Origin: Octopus vulgaris
Lineage: Eukaryota
Direction of reading: 5' to 3'
DNA length: 64,000 bases
Assembly (NCBI GenBank): GCA_951406725.2
Contig: OX597816.1
Coordinates: 111,662,001 to 111,726,000, forward strand
The translations under genes and the position numbers were made by a program. Positions 27,540 through 41,138 of the stretch are shown one piece after another (the first letter of the stretch is position 1; each line of letters starts with the position of its first letter). Under the pieces are notes generated by a model. It was not told where the DNA came from and did no database searches. It worked only from the letters and a program-made list of their open reading frames with translations.

Positions 27540-29008
27540 CTGAGAAATTGAAAAGCCGAAAGTAAAAGAAACAATAGTAGCAGAAATACTAATTGTGATA
27601 GTATTAGTAGTCATATAAGTAGTGGTATTCGTATTAATAGATTTGTTTTCACTCAATATACAAACGCATATGAACATATATGTGTAAGTAAGGTGAAGTC
27701 TCTACTGAGAATAAAATATATTGCTAAAATTATCAGTAATATTAAACAAACAGACATATCTTGATTCTTATTGATCAACGCTTTTGTTTATTTCTTTACA
27801 ATTGGCTTTCTGTCTATGTGTATTTTGTTAATGGGGGCTCTATGGGAGACTGTTTTGTTGTTTCTAATTCTTTTTTTTTCTTCTTTTTCTTTTTACTTTT
27901 TTGGTCATTTGAATAAAAGTCACGTAAATTTTCAAATCTGGAAGTAAAATATCTTTCACAGAAACTGTTGAATAGAATAAACGTCAGCATGAATAAGTGT
28001 TTTTGTCTAAAACTTGCATCAGCTCTATTCATAATTTAATAACTTTGCACCAAATCTACCATAAATTCAACATACAATATAATAGCTAGTATTGTAATAA
28101 ACCTTTCACCAATACAATATACAGTTTATGTCATAAAATATTGAACCAACAAGTAAGACTTTATGTGATTACTCAACCTGCTAGAAACAGCTGCTAAATT
28201 TTCTCTTAACTTACTCTATTTTACAAGAAAAAAGGCAAGCTTGCTTAACTGCAAAAAATAGTAACCAAGTCCCCGAAAATCGCACCTCCTTATTGTCTTG
28301 AAAAAGTTAAAGGACACATTAAATTGTGTAGACATAGCTGGCCCTAAGAAAATGGAATAGTGAAGGCTGGAAAACCTTTGTACATAAGCATGCTCAGTTA
28401 AGACTGACCTTGGATTAAATGAAGTTTAATCATTAACAATTAACAATTCTATACTAAAATCAGTGTAGGTTTAATTATTTTTTTATCATACATATATTCA
28501 TACTCTGTTTATAGTTAATGTTGAATTTTGTAAGGAATACTCCTTATTCAGGACTTTTAAAACAAATATATAAAAAAATAATAAAAATATAAGAAGAAAT
28601 CTATCTTTAGTTTTAAGATTTATTGCATTTGTTTAACATTCAAACTGAAAATTGTAATTTAATAGTAAACTAATTGTTTCTTACATAGGCACAAGGTCTG
28701 GAATTTGGTTCAAAGTACTAGTTTGACCCAACTACTTGACTTGAACTTTATTTTATTGACTCTGAAAGGATGAAAGACAAGGTTGACTTTAATAGGATTT
28801 GAACTCAGAATGTTCTTTACAAAAATTTAATAGTAAAATAATAAAATGATACACATTTGGGGTCACTCTTAGAATGCAAACTAAAACTTGAGCCAATGAC
28901 GAAGCATGTATACAAATGTCATTTAACCTGCTAGAGATGGCAGCTAAATTTACTTCCAATCACACCCTACAGTCTCAAAGAAAATAAAACATCAACAGCA
29001 TAGTCCTA

Positions 29009-29525
29009 CATCATCAGCATCATCATCGTTTAACGTCCGTTATCCATACTAACATGGGTTGGACGGTTTGACTGGAATCTGGGAAGCCAGGAGGTTGCAC
29101 CAGGCTCTAGTCTGATCTGGCAGAGTTTCTACAGCTGGATGCCCTTCCTAACGCCAACCACTCCATGAGTGTAGTGGGTCATTTCTATGTGCCACCGGCA
29201 CAGGTGCCAGGGGAAGCTGGAAGTGGCCACGATCAGTTGGTGCTTTTTACTTGCCTCTGGCACAGAAGCCAGTCAAGGCAGTGCTGGCATCGGCTATGTT
29301 CAGATGGTGCTTTTTATGTGCCACCGGCACAGGTATCACAACTACAATTTCCATTTGATTTTTTATTTTGATGTTGATGTACTTGACTCAATAGGTCTCC
29401 TCAAGCACAGCAGGTCACCCTACAATCCAAGCTAAGCACAGCAGGCCATTCTGCAATCCAAGGTACTTTGGATAGGCTGGGGCTGCTATGTGAAATTGAT
29501 GCAGGAAACAGCCATGAACTCAAAT
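29009..29525 (-). mobile_element. RTE 3'UTR-derived element
   Basis: (CAT)n-CGTTTAACGTCCG tail and internal GTGCCACCGGCAC repeats. Confidence 0.85.
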
Positions 29526-32500
29526 TATTTGTGGCGTCAAACATTACTTTGGCTCAAATGACTTGGATCATAGATTTGATTCATCAATTCTCCAGCCAAA
29601 ACTTTAGAAGAAACAAAACTTCTAGACATTTCAATGACAAGGTTTCCTAACTCTGACTCTGAAGTACACCAAATATGTAAAAGAGCTGCAGCATTTTATT
29701 AGTCCTACTACTTGTTATTAAGTAACATATAAGAACTAATGTAGAAGTCTTAATTCATGAGAAAGGTAATCATCAGGTTGTTGGTATTTGTATTTTTCTA
29801 AAGACAAATTAATTAGGTTAATTTTTTTTCTGTAATGAGAAAATTGTTGTTCCTTATCAGGATCAAATTATCTTGTGAGGTGCTCACTATATAATCCTAA
29901 TTGCAATGGATGAATCATCTAGTAAGACTGATATTTAATTGGCAAAGTAGCTCTTTTGTATACAACTTAAAATTGATACAAAATCTGTTGGTCATCCCTT
30001 GAAATTATAGAAGAATTACTTAAAAACTGGCTTCACTATGGATACATGCAACTATGAAACAACTATTTTCTATGCATAGAAATTTATTGTAGTAGCATCC
30101 AAGAACATAGGTATGAAATAAAACTGCTCCAAGTTTTCAAGAAAATATCAGGCTCCTTGTTACCAAGGCCAACTGTTTCATTTATTGTAAAGCATTTCTT
30201 CAATGTATGGTTAAAAAGTCTATGCTGCAAGTAGATGATTTTGAACTGTATCTCATACAATATCAGGAGTCTTTTACCACAACGCAGAAGTGATAGAAGT
30301 GTTGTGAGTGAAATTTGGTAGACAGTACAAGCCCATCAAAAGCACTGTTCATATCTTAAGGCAACAGACTTAATACATTACCTAGTTAGTACCACCATTA
30401 TAGTCTTTGCATACCAATACAGACACTTATCTGAGGATAACTTCCTGCTACCAGTATATCATAGTATTTAATAGAAATATCAGTTACTTGATATTCTACC
30501 ACAGCTAATTTATTTTAGCTTTGTGTATTAACATCTTATTTAATTTAGAGGATAGTTTTCCTGACAAAAGATATTTTTATCAGCATCAGTTAGATTTTTC
30601 AAATAACACACAACTGCACTCAGTTGTATTTACTCAGCTGTATTCAATTACACTCTAAAAAAATTACTGATCTTAATTAAAATTACCGTTATTTGCAAAA
30701 GATATAAAATATTCACTTTAATAATTTTGTACTAAACTATCCTTAAAAATCAGCATGAAATTCAATATCTAATTTATCAAGAATTACATAAAAATTTCTG
30801 TAGACAGTTGAGAGGCTATTATCAAACTTCCTCTAAAACCAGTCGAAATATTCACACCAAATGTACTTCAGCTAAATATTTAATGTAAAAACGATAGTTC
30901 TGTATTTGTTGTATAGCCTGTCTAAATGAAAATTATAATTTACATGAATTTATAAGACTGGTTTAGTAATCTTTTGAAACGAACATAATTTTTTTAACCT
31001 GTGACCAATTAATTATATCATTTGGTCAACTGGGAACTGTATCTAGGCTAACCCCCTTTGTCACTATTTACTTCTTTATTTCTACAAGTTATTTTAGTTA
31101 TTTTAGCATTGTTTTCTTAAATAGCATATACACTTCTTTTGCCTTCTTAATCTATAGATTGAAATTTTAATTATAGTGGGACAGTTATGAAACCAAGCCT
31201 ATATTAATCAATAAAAAATTGTTGACTGGACAAGAGAAGCTAAATATTTGGCATTTGTGTTAGAAATATTTTTCTTGAAAACAAGTTGTTATGTTAATGA
31301 TTGTAACTTTTGCAATTTATTTTTTTTATCCTTAATAATATTTTTTAATGAAATTCAGAATTCATTGGTGTTGGAATAAAACTTCATATTGCTGATTAGC
31401 TTCTGTGGTAGGGCTTCCCCAGAAAACAATAACACTTGTCATTTACTTGCAGATGCCATATTATTTTATTAAAAGCTATCTGATATTTATTCTTGTTCAA
31501 ATGGACACTAGTTGTCAACTTGTCAAACATACAAGCAGAAAATGGAGGCTATAAACAGAGTTGAACAAACATGCCTGAAGTAGACAGTTTCATAATGTGA
31601 TGCTATACTTGAACATCATAAACAATTAGAATATTGGAGTGTCTTACTTATAAGTATATGGTTACTATTGAAAGCCAGAAGTAATCATCAGCTATAATAA
31701 TATTATCCTTATAAAACATACACAAGGAACATGATAAGAATATTTCTTTCCTTCTTTAATTCCTTGTCAAATTTTTCCAGCCTAATTCAATATACAGTTT
31801 AGAAGCTTTCACCAAAACTTTCACACATTCAGTGAAATGTTTTCATACAAAATTCACATTCAGTAAATATTCAATACAAAACTTTAGTTTTGTGTGTAAC
31901 TTGCAGTAAATCTACACAAAACTCTCCTACAGAATAGTTTGGTAGAGTTTTCTCTCAGATGTAAATACTTCATGCTAGTGACAAAGTGATTTTTTTTTTT
32001 CATCAGCTAGGTCTGGAAGAAAGGACTGTACCCATGCTTTACTGGCCATCAAGGGCCTTTAAGACTGATGCCATAAATGTTCATAGAAATTCCAGAGGTA
32101 TAACATTCTGGAGAAGCACTGGGCATAGTGGTTAGTACAGAACCCTATAAATGGATGCAACATAGTAATGGTTAAAGGAGAGATGAGTGAACAGGGAATG
32201 CCAGAACCAAGGAATTGCAACCACTGTAAAAAAGATGTAAAGAGACAGTACATTTGTAGGTACAAGATTGAAACATTTCTGTGTCAAACATACAAACTCA
32301 AAATAGAGAATATAAATAACCTTGAACAAATACACCTAAACTAAACAGTTTCTTTTTTCCTATATAATTCTTTATTCTATATACTTTTTCTTATTTTAAT
32401 ATTCCTTCACTGACTGATTGATTCTGACCATGATCTTTAATAAAACAAAATATGATACATCATTTTTCAGAGAAATGTTGCAATTTTGTAACATAGAAAT

Positions 32501-33110
32501 TCTTAAACGATTTTTATTCACTTTTTGTGACTCAGTTTGCAGAGAAAAAGCAGTGCTTAAGATTCTTTATGTAGAACTTCCAATATTGATGGGATAAGTA
32601 ATCCTTAGTGACAGAGGTCTGATAGATCAAACACTTCTGACAGACTGAGCTCTCCTAATGGCACTCAATGGCTAGGTGAATCCAGGTGAAGGATTCAGTC
32701 TTCTACTCTTGAACAGGTATAGTCCACCTATAAAACTACCACACAGCTTCTGACAACTTAGATTTACTTATAAGATTTAGATCAACTCAAGGCTATGATA
32801 CAATATATTTATTTAAGGTATAGTGCCCTGAGATCGAACTCAAATATATGTAACTTTGTGTGTGTGTGCATGCACATGTGTGTGTGTGTGTGCATGTGTG
32901 TATGCTGAGTTTATTTTACTCTGATGATGTCTCTTATAAAAATACTACTATGTCTAATCATCACTATTAATTTATGAATACCAAGTCTCAAATTGTTGGA
33001 CCGTTCAATATATATATATATATATATATACATACTAGCAATAACCATGCCTCAGATTTGCCTCATTATCCATGGTACTGCCTCTGTATACACACACACA
33101 CACATATGTT

Positions 33111-33147
<37 letters not shown>

Positions 33148-33267
33148 ATAATAATTATATATTATTTATATAATCATATATCTACCATTTAAATTAACTA
33201 AGCCTAAAGTATCTTTCAATCAATTGTTTAGGTTTAGTCACTCTAAATGGAGCATATATTATTATAG

Positions 33268-33531
33268 TCCTTTATTCTTTTACTTGTTTCAATCATTTGA
33301 CTGTGGACATGCTGAAGCACTGCCTTAAAGGGTGTCAGTCAAAGAAATCGACCCCAAGACTTATTTTTTGTGAACCAACTACTTATTTTATTGGTCTCTT
33401 TTGCTAAACAACTAGGTTACAGGTACATAAACACACCAGCATCAATTGTCAAGTGGTAATGAGGGGACAAACACAGACACACACACACATAAGTATATAC
33501 ATACATGTATGTATGTATGTATGTATGTATG

Positions 33532-33563
<32 letters not shown>

Positions 33564-33748
33564 TTACATACATATACATTTATATCATCATCATAATTGA
33601 ATTCCCATTTTCCATGCTGGATTGGGTAGGAAGATTTGACAGGAGCTGGCAAGCCAGAGAGCAACATCTGGCTCTGCTACCTACTTTGGCATGGTTATAC
33701 AGCAGGATGCTCTTCTTAGCACCAACTACTTTGCAGAGCATACTGAGT

Positions 33749-33820
<72 letters not shown>

Positions 33821-34052
33821 GTTTAACGTCTGTTTTCCGCGCTAGCACGGGTTGGACGGTTCGACCGGGGTCTGGGAAGCCAGGGGCTGCTCCAGGCTCC
33901 AGTCTGATCTGGTAGAGCTTCTACGGCTGGATGCCCTTCCTAACGCCAATCACTCCGCAAGTGTAGTGGGTGCTTTTTATGTGCCACCTGCACAGGTGCC
34001 AGGGGGGGGGGGACCGGCATCGGTCATGATCGGTTGGAGCTTTTAACGTGCC
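33268..34052 (-). mobile_element. SINE family B 3' half followed by two RTE-type tails separated by microsatellites
   Basis: 33268-33490 matches the SINE B tail. 33585-33750 and 33789-34052 match the RTE 3'UTR. Confidence 0.8.
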
Positions 34053-36007
34053 ATATATATATATATGCAAAAATGTGTGTGTGTGTATGTGTCACAGATT
34101 AAGCTGTCAAAACATATCATCCATTAGTAAATAAAAATGTCATAGAAATACCAATTCAATGATTTGGAATGTTAGAAAACCTTAGAGATATTGTACAGAG
34201 CAAGAAAATTTTTTTAAATCATTATAGCTTATTCTTATCACTTGGTGTATTACTGTATCTAAAATGTTAACAAGGCTAGAGGTATATTTCACTACTTCTG
34301 AAAAATCAAGAAATATATAGTTATCTATCATTGAATTTATGAATACAAGTAAAACACATCTTTGAGATTGTCCGAAAAGTTCCTGCTGATTCAGTAAAAT
34401 AGTTTCTTTTTTTAGCCTTTTAGAGATGTCCAAATAAGCAATGTTCTTTTGTTTGTGACTTCACAAGCATCATGTGTCTCTTAATTGTATGCTGGAGGCT
34501 CTCTATGAAGGTAAAGCTTCTATTGAAAGTCGTTTATTTAAGTTTCAGTACAGGAAAATGTGAAAAAATATTTGTATATCACTATATGCTGTTTTCTGAA
34601 CATACTGAGATAAATAAATAAATAACTGGATAAATAAATAAATAAATAAATAGGCAAAACCAAAATTTTATCTACATACACACACACACATGCACACGCA
34701 CACACACACACATACATACACACACACATGCATATGCACTTACATCTACATATGCAACTGCTATTCTGATAGTCTGTGTATGTTTGGTTTATCTATACAT
34801 ATATATACTTCAATATTTTCTTGATAGTGTGTGCTTGTACGCATGCATACACTTATATACATGTGCATTTGCACGTGTGTGTGTGTGTGTGTGTGTATGT
34901 GTGTACACACAAGCATACACACACAGACACAAATGCATATTTATTCATCTATATATATTGCTGAATCATTAGCAATGTCACATAAAAAGTTGATCAGAAT
35001 TTACTAGTTTAATAAAAAGAAAATACTTGACTTGTACCAGGATGCCTGGCTCCAAACCAATTACCTTAAAAGATAAAAAAAATAAAATCAGAACTGCAAC
35101 AGAGAAGTTGCCTATAAATTGTTTTCATCAAAGAATTATTTGATTCTGCATGGAATTTTCTAAGATCAATACTCATTCCATCAAAGATAATTCACCCCAA
35201 ATGTTGTCTATTTGGATAAATGGCTATATGCAAAAATAGCTTGGAATTTACTTTCTTATATACTTTTATTATATCCTTCAGTTGCACAGCTGCTGATATT
35301 GATAAATGATGTCATGGAAATAGGTTAGCAACAAACATAATTTTAACTTATGCTGTTCACTTTTTTGGGGGAAATAAATTTAATTCTTTTATTAATGTTT
35401 ATATTGAATCATTTAGTGGAATAAGGGACTCTGTATCTTGGATTCAATATTTGCTTTGGTGACTCTGTGATGTCCTTTGATAATTCATGTTATTCTATTC
35501 CCCATAATCTATATACATCAAAAGCAGATGATTTTATCACTTCTTAATTGAAACTATTTATATTTAAAAAGGAAATTCACCAATAATATTTTATAACCAA
35601 TAATAACTATGAGTCACAAAATTCTGTGTCTGACCCAACTTAAAATAGGAAAAAATAGAATGAAACAAGTGCAAATTATCAGAAAATATATTTGGCAACA
35701 AATTTGGGGGCAATCTAAAACTTAGATACTGAGTAGATTAGCTTATATTTCATTTGAAAGCCAATAATTTATAGAATGAAACATTTAGAAGTATTCAGTA
35801 AGTCATTATCTTATGGTGTTTCCATCCATTCAGCTCTGTTTGATCTGCTGTTTGATGAAGCATCAGCATATATTTGTCGGCTTAGCTATGGTGGTTGTAT
35901 GCCTACAAGTCAACACTAGCCAAGTATGAGTCAGACAGGGTGCTCCTACAATTCAGTGATAAGTTCTGACCATAGGCACTCAAACTCAGAATGCAAAGTG
36001 CATTTCA

Positions 36008-36236
36008 AGGTGGCGAGCTGGCAGAAACTTTACCACGCCAGGTGAAATGCTTAGTGGTATTTCGCCCGTCTTTACATTCTGAGTTCAAATTCTGCCAAGG
36101 TCGACTTTGCCTTTCATCCTTTCAGGGTCGATAAATTAAGTACCAGTTACGCACTGGGGTCGATGTAATCGACTTAATCCCTTTGTCTGTCCTTGTTTGT
36201 CCCCTCTATGTTTAGCCTCTTGTGGGAAATAAAGAA
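36008..36236 (+). mobile_element. Well-preserved SINE family A copy
   Basis: GGTGGCGAGCTGGCAGAA A-box and GAGTTCAAATTC B-box. Closely matches the reverse complement of 26918-27150. Confidence 0.9.
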
Positions 36237-38547
36237 AAATGAATGCAAAGTGCAGCATCAGATGCCTCAAGGCATCTTGAATGACAATCAAATAATTTCG
36301 CCAACCTACGGACCTTGGCTGGCAGTTTATTTATCAACCCCCAAACTGCTGAAAGGCAAATATGACCTGATATATTGAGAGGTATATATATTTTGCATAT
36401 TTAATATCATTGAATCAATAAGTAAATAATTTTTATCGTTACATAGGAAGAACTAAATGTGTGATCTTTCCTTTGTAAATAATTTAGTAAGTTTTCACAG
36501 AGTCAGATTTCCAGTTGTCACATGCTGATATGAATAAAACAAAAATAAAAAAGCAAAATTCTGAAATATTCCTGAATGTAGAAGTTGTACATCACAGATA
36601 GTTGCTAGATAGTAAATTAGGAAATCAAATGTGTTTTCAACAAGATAATAGAATATTTATGAATACAGAAAAATATTCCTCTGACAATAGTCACATATTT
36701 AGTATTATTACCTTCCCTGTGTCTGTTGAATAGATTTTCACCTAAAGTTAAGGTACATTTTGTTTCTGAAGCTGCAAAGCTTATTTTATTGTCAACTAAA
36801 TTATGCAGATAACATAATTTTCAAAGCTATTTGTGAAACAATTAAGGTTAATAAAGGATTACTCAAGATGGATGTTATGAAGAAAATCTGAGATTATTTT
36901 GAAATGAGCTTTATGCAACATCTAGATAAATATTGTTTTATTCAACAACTATTTCTCTTTTGTAGAAATTTTATTATTTAAAAGGAATGCTAAGAACACA
37001 ACGTGTGTTTAATAACCCAATATTTTTAGTATTGGATTTAAATTATTGTTTTTATTTCTTTCATAAGATGATTTGGTTACTGTATAGAAACTACACAATA
37101 AATTACTGCTAGTACAGTACTTCAAGACTGCATCATTCTTCTGTTCTCAAGTATTCTCTTTACAGGTTATTGCTGTTGTTGTTGAATGAGCCAGCATATG
37201 CTGAAAGTTATTCCAGCTATGATCAACCCATAGTTTTTATATATCAAGAATTACATTGTTTAAGGTGTTCTTCAGAATGGTGTGATTTGAGGGACATTTC
37301 GACATTATTTCTAGCATATTGAGTTGCCACATAGGGGTTTGGGCTTCATCATTCATTCACTCATAACATGTAAATCTGGTTACTTGAGTTATACAGCTTA
37401 TTCGAAACAATGTACAATTCATGAGTTACTGGCCTCTTATCAACTCAACCAAAGTGATGATATTGCATGTAAACAATATGGATTTCTTATAGAGTCACAA
37501 GATCACCGATTTATGCATTAAGCACAGTGGATTATATCAACCCATGAAGTTGAATGGTATGTTATTTTGCAAAATTATTAAATGAACAGTCATGGAGTTG
37601 GTATATAAAACTTTCATCTTACAGGAAATTTCTAGCCCACTCTCTTAAAAAAAATACTTTGCTTGATGTGTCACACTGGCTGTTAATGTTACAAGCAACA
37701 CTTACACCTAAAGGCTATGAGACATATGTAGTAAAAGAGTTTCAGGCCCATATCAGGCTTAAAATGATATGTATAAACTGTATTCAGTTTACTTGAATGA
37801 GATCCACCAAGATCACTCTCAAACAAATAATGTGGGAGTTCATGATGATGATCATCATACCTTTTTAATGTCCATATTCACCATGCAGAATACTGGAAGT
37901 GAATGACATTCATTCACAATTGACGATGTCAGGGTAAGGAAATACAAACACACACACACATCACACACATATTAATACATATCTAAGTGCGGGATTCTTT
38001 TATTCTTTGTCTGCCAGATCCACTCAGAACACTTTGGACAGCCTAGGATTATAGTAGAAGATACTTGCCTAAGATACCACACAGTATGACTGAATCTAAA
38101 ACCCTTTAACCCACACAGCCATGCCTGCATTTATGATCTTATGATATATAAGGATAAACAATGATAACCAAGGCAAAATTTAAATTCAGAAAAGAAAAGG
38201 GATACAGCTAAATCCCACAAAGTATTTTCTGTGTCACTCTACTGATTCTGCAATGTATATTACGAACTAAAGATTCGCTTATAGATTCATTAATGTAGAG
38301 GCCTGATTTTGAAATCTTTGTAGCAGATGATCCAGTTCTTTCTGCCTACTTTTGTGGTCTTTTAATTTCTGCATTCCCTACATCTTTTAATTAAACTTTT
38401 AACATGATATTTTGTTATTGCTGTTGCATGTTTCCACATCCTACAATGGGCCTTGCTTGTGATGAAACAGATATTGTTGTATTTCAAGATGGTCATTTTT
38501 TTTTTGTCAAATAAGCACACACACTATATATTTTTCTTCACTCATTT

Positions 38548-38772
38548 ATTACTGTTCTTATTCTAACTCATGTTCATTGTCTGGAAACTTTTCATCACAC
38601 ATTTGTTGACTTCTTCAGCTACACTTCCCATCTTTGTGGTTGCTCTTTCTCTGCTTGATGGAATAAGCAGAACAAGAGCACACACGATGACAGAAAGTGT
38701 CACTGAGGAGGTCACAGATGTGTGACGAAAGATTTCTGGACAATGAACATGAGTTAGAGTAAGAACAGTAAT
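38548..38772. repeat. Long fold-back palindrome, 109/108-bp arms, 8-nt loop
   Basis: 38548-38656 matches the reverse complement of 38665-38772 at about 88 of 109 positions. Confidence 0.92.
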
Positions 38773-38840
38773 GAACGAGGAAAAAAATGAATATATAGAG
38801 TAAATGATCATCCCAAAATATGAGTGTGTATGTATATATA

Positions 38841-38880
<40 letters not shown>

Positions 38881-39389
38881 GGTATGTTTCAAAATCTGTT
38901 TGCATGTGAATTTATGTGACAGTGTGAGTATGTGTGTATATGTGTGTGTCGTTGTAAGGTCAAATCTATATCTGACTCCACCACTGCATCATCATTGATT
39001 CCACAATTCGATCAGTTTTTGGCAAGTCACGCTTGTTAATCCAAGCATCACACACTCAGTAATGCCAATATAAATGGTTTCACAAAGTCCATGAAAACAG
39101 AAGACATCTGGAGGTTTCCATGGCATCACTGATTGAACCATTTCTATTCTTTGACATATCAGACAATGTCAGTTGAAATGTAACAGCTTTCTCTTCAAAT
39201 GTCATTGAAAGTAATTTCATTTTTTTTTCTCTTCTTAAATACAGAATTTCTTGTTCATTGTTTAGACTGACACCAACTGAGACCAAAATCGGTTCATAGC
39301 ATATATTTGAGGGTCTGTATAACCAAGATTAACGTTATAGATTCATTCATTCTCTCCCACACTCTCTCTCATTCAATCATTTATTCCTT

Positions 39390-39592
39390 CATACATACGT
39401 ACATGCATACATACATACATGCATACATACATACATACATACATACATACGTACATGCATACGTACATGCATACATACATACATACATAAATACACACAC
39501 ATACATACATACATACATACATACATACATACATACATACATACATACATACATACATACATACATACATACATACATACATACATACATAC
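39390..39592 (+). repeat. (CATA)n microsatellite
   Basis: Direct reading of the sequence. Confidence 0.95.
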
Positions 39593-39599
39593 TTTCATG

Positions 39600-40240
39600 T
39601 CAATCACTTATGTCGCTATTAGTTTTATGGTTTTCTTTTAGATCATCCATATGTCTCTCATCAAGTACACTGTCATTGCTCCTTTCATGCGCAATGAGAT
39701 TACCCTTATTAGTAAGAACTGTATTTTCATTGTTGTCTCTGCTGCTATTTTCCATGACCCATCTTTTGATAGCTTCGAGCTCTACTTCTGTGAACCAACA
39801 ATTTTTCTTATTGCTCTAGCTTGATCACATAGTCTCTGTTCCGTGAATTCAAACAGTCCTTTTTCTCTCCAATGATCATACATACATTGTCGGTAACCCT
39901 TAATTTGAGTACCATTTTCATCTACCGGGTTGCTCAAGTAGTAACACTCCATGACCACAGCATTAATTTGCTTGCTCCATCTACGCTGTGTATGGTGGTC
40001 CCTTTCTGGATATGGACAGGCTGGAGCCAGACCAGAATCTCTGAGCCTACCAGGTGTAAAACTGTCACCATCATTGGCTTCAGTTTCATTACCACGATTA
40101 TTCACAATATTTTGCGTTTTCATTGTCACTCATATGAGATAGTAATTATCACATTGCGCAATTACCAATGTTTTTATTGTGACACCATCACTAGATGTAT
40201 CATTACTAGCCCATAAGGAGGCTCCATCCATTTCCTTTCA
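39600..40240 (-). mobile_element. 5' fragment of an R4/Dong-clade retrotransposon
   Basis: RRWSKQINAVVMECYYLSNPVDENG..GYRQ..FTEQRLCDQARAIRK is homologous to 22330-22520. (ATT)n lies at the 5' flank. Confidence 0.85.
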
Positions 40241-41138
40241 ATATTATTATTATTATTATCATCACAGATATCATTGATATTATTGGTTTTATGTATAGTA
40301 GCAGAAGTGGCTGCAGCAACAGCAACAGTAGCTGGGGTGGGGAAGTGGTTAAGGTGGTAGCTGGACCTTAGAATCCTGTGCTATCATAATAGTAGTAGTT
40401 GTAGTATTATTGTAGTATTAGTAGCATTTAGTACCAGCAGCTGCAGCATATTATTTTTATTTTTATTTTTTCCTTATCACCATCACCACCACTACCATTG
40501 TTGGAGGAGATACTTGAGCAGCAGTTTGGTGAATAGATCATATAGTACAGGTCGATAAATAAACTTGGCAAATAGTGGAGAGGTCAGCCATAGAGACAAA
40601 AGAATCTTTGGGTCAGCAGAGGTCAAATATGTTTACTACTCCAGCCATCAAAGGGGCTTCTAAATTGTTACTTGACCTGTAAGAAATACCAACTAAATAT
40701 CCCACAAATTAATTCTCCTTTCTTATATAGATACAAGACACATTAAAAAAATGTTTTTCTACATAACCCTAAAAAGATGGAATGTCTTTGCTCAAAGACC
40801 TGCTCAGTTATAGAATTATTATCATCGTTGTTTATATAACTACTGTTGAATAACACAAAGCAGCTGCGTTAGAGTATTACTGATTCAGTGAAGGACATGT
40901 GTTTGATTAATTTCATATGCCCTAGGAAGTAGAAAATCTGACATACTGGAACTGATCTTTCATCTTCCATCTTATACAGAGAATTTACAAGCTGAACGTT
41001 TAGGTAAGACTGAAATTATATAAATTAGGAGGGATAGTAAAGAGGCAATGGGTGAACTTTACAAAGTGGTTGTAGAGAGGATATTAAACTAATTAATATT
41101 ATCCACTGCATAACATGCAAATTTTGCAATGCATTGTA

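Noticed and set aside
34182-34510. 83-aa minus ORF and nearby splice-like sites
   Set aside because: TTG start, no recognisable domain, and conflicting candidates on both strands.
36008-36100. tRNA-like A/B boxes here and at other SINE heads
   Set aside because: No cloverleaf, and they are continuous with multicopy SINE bodies.
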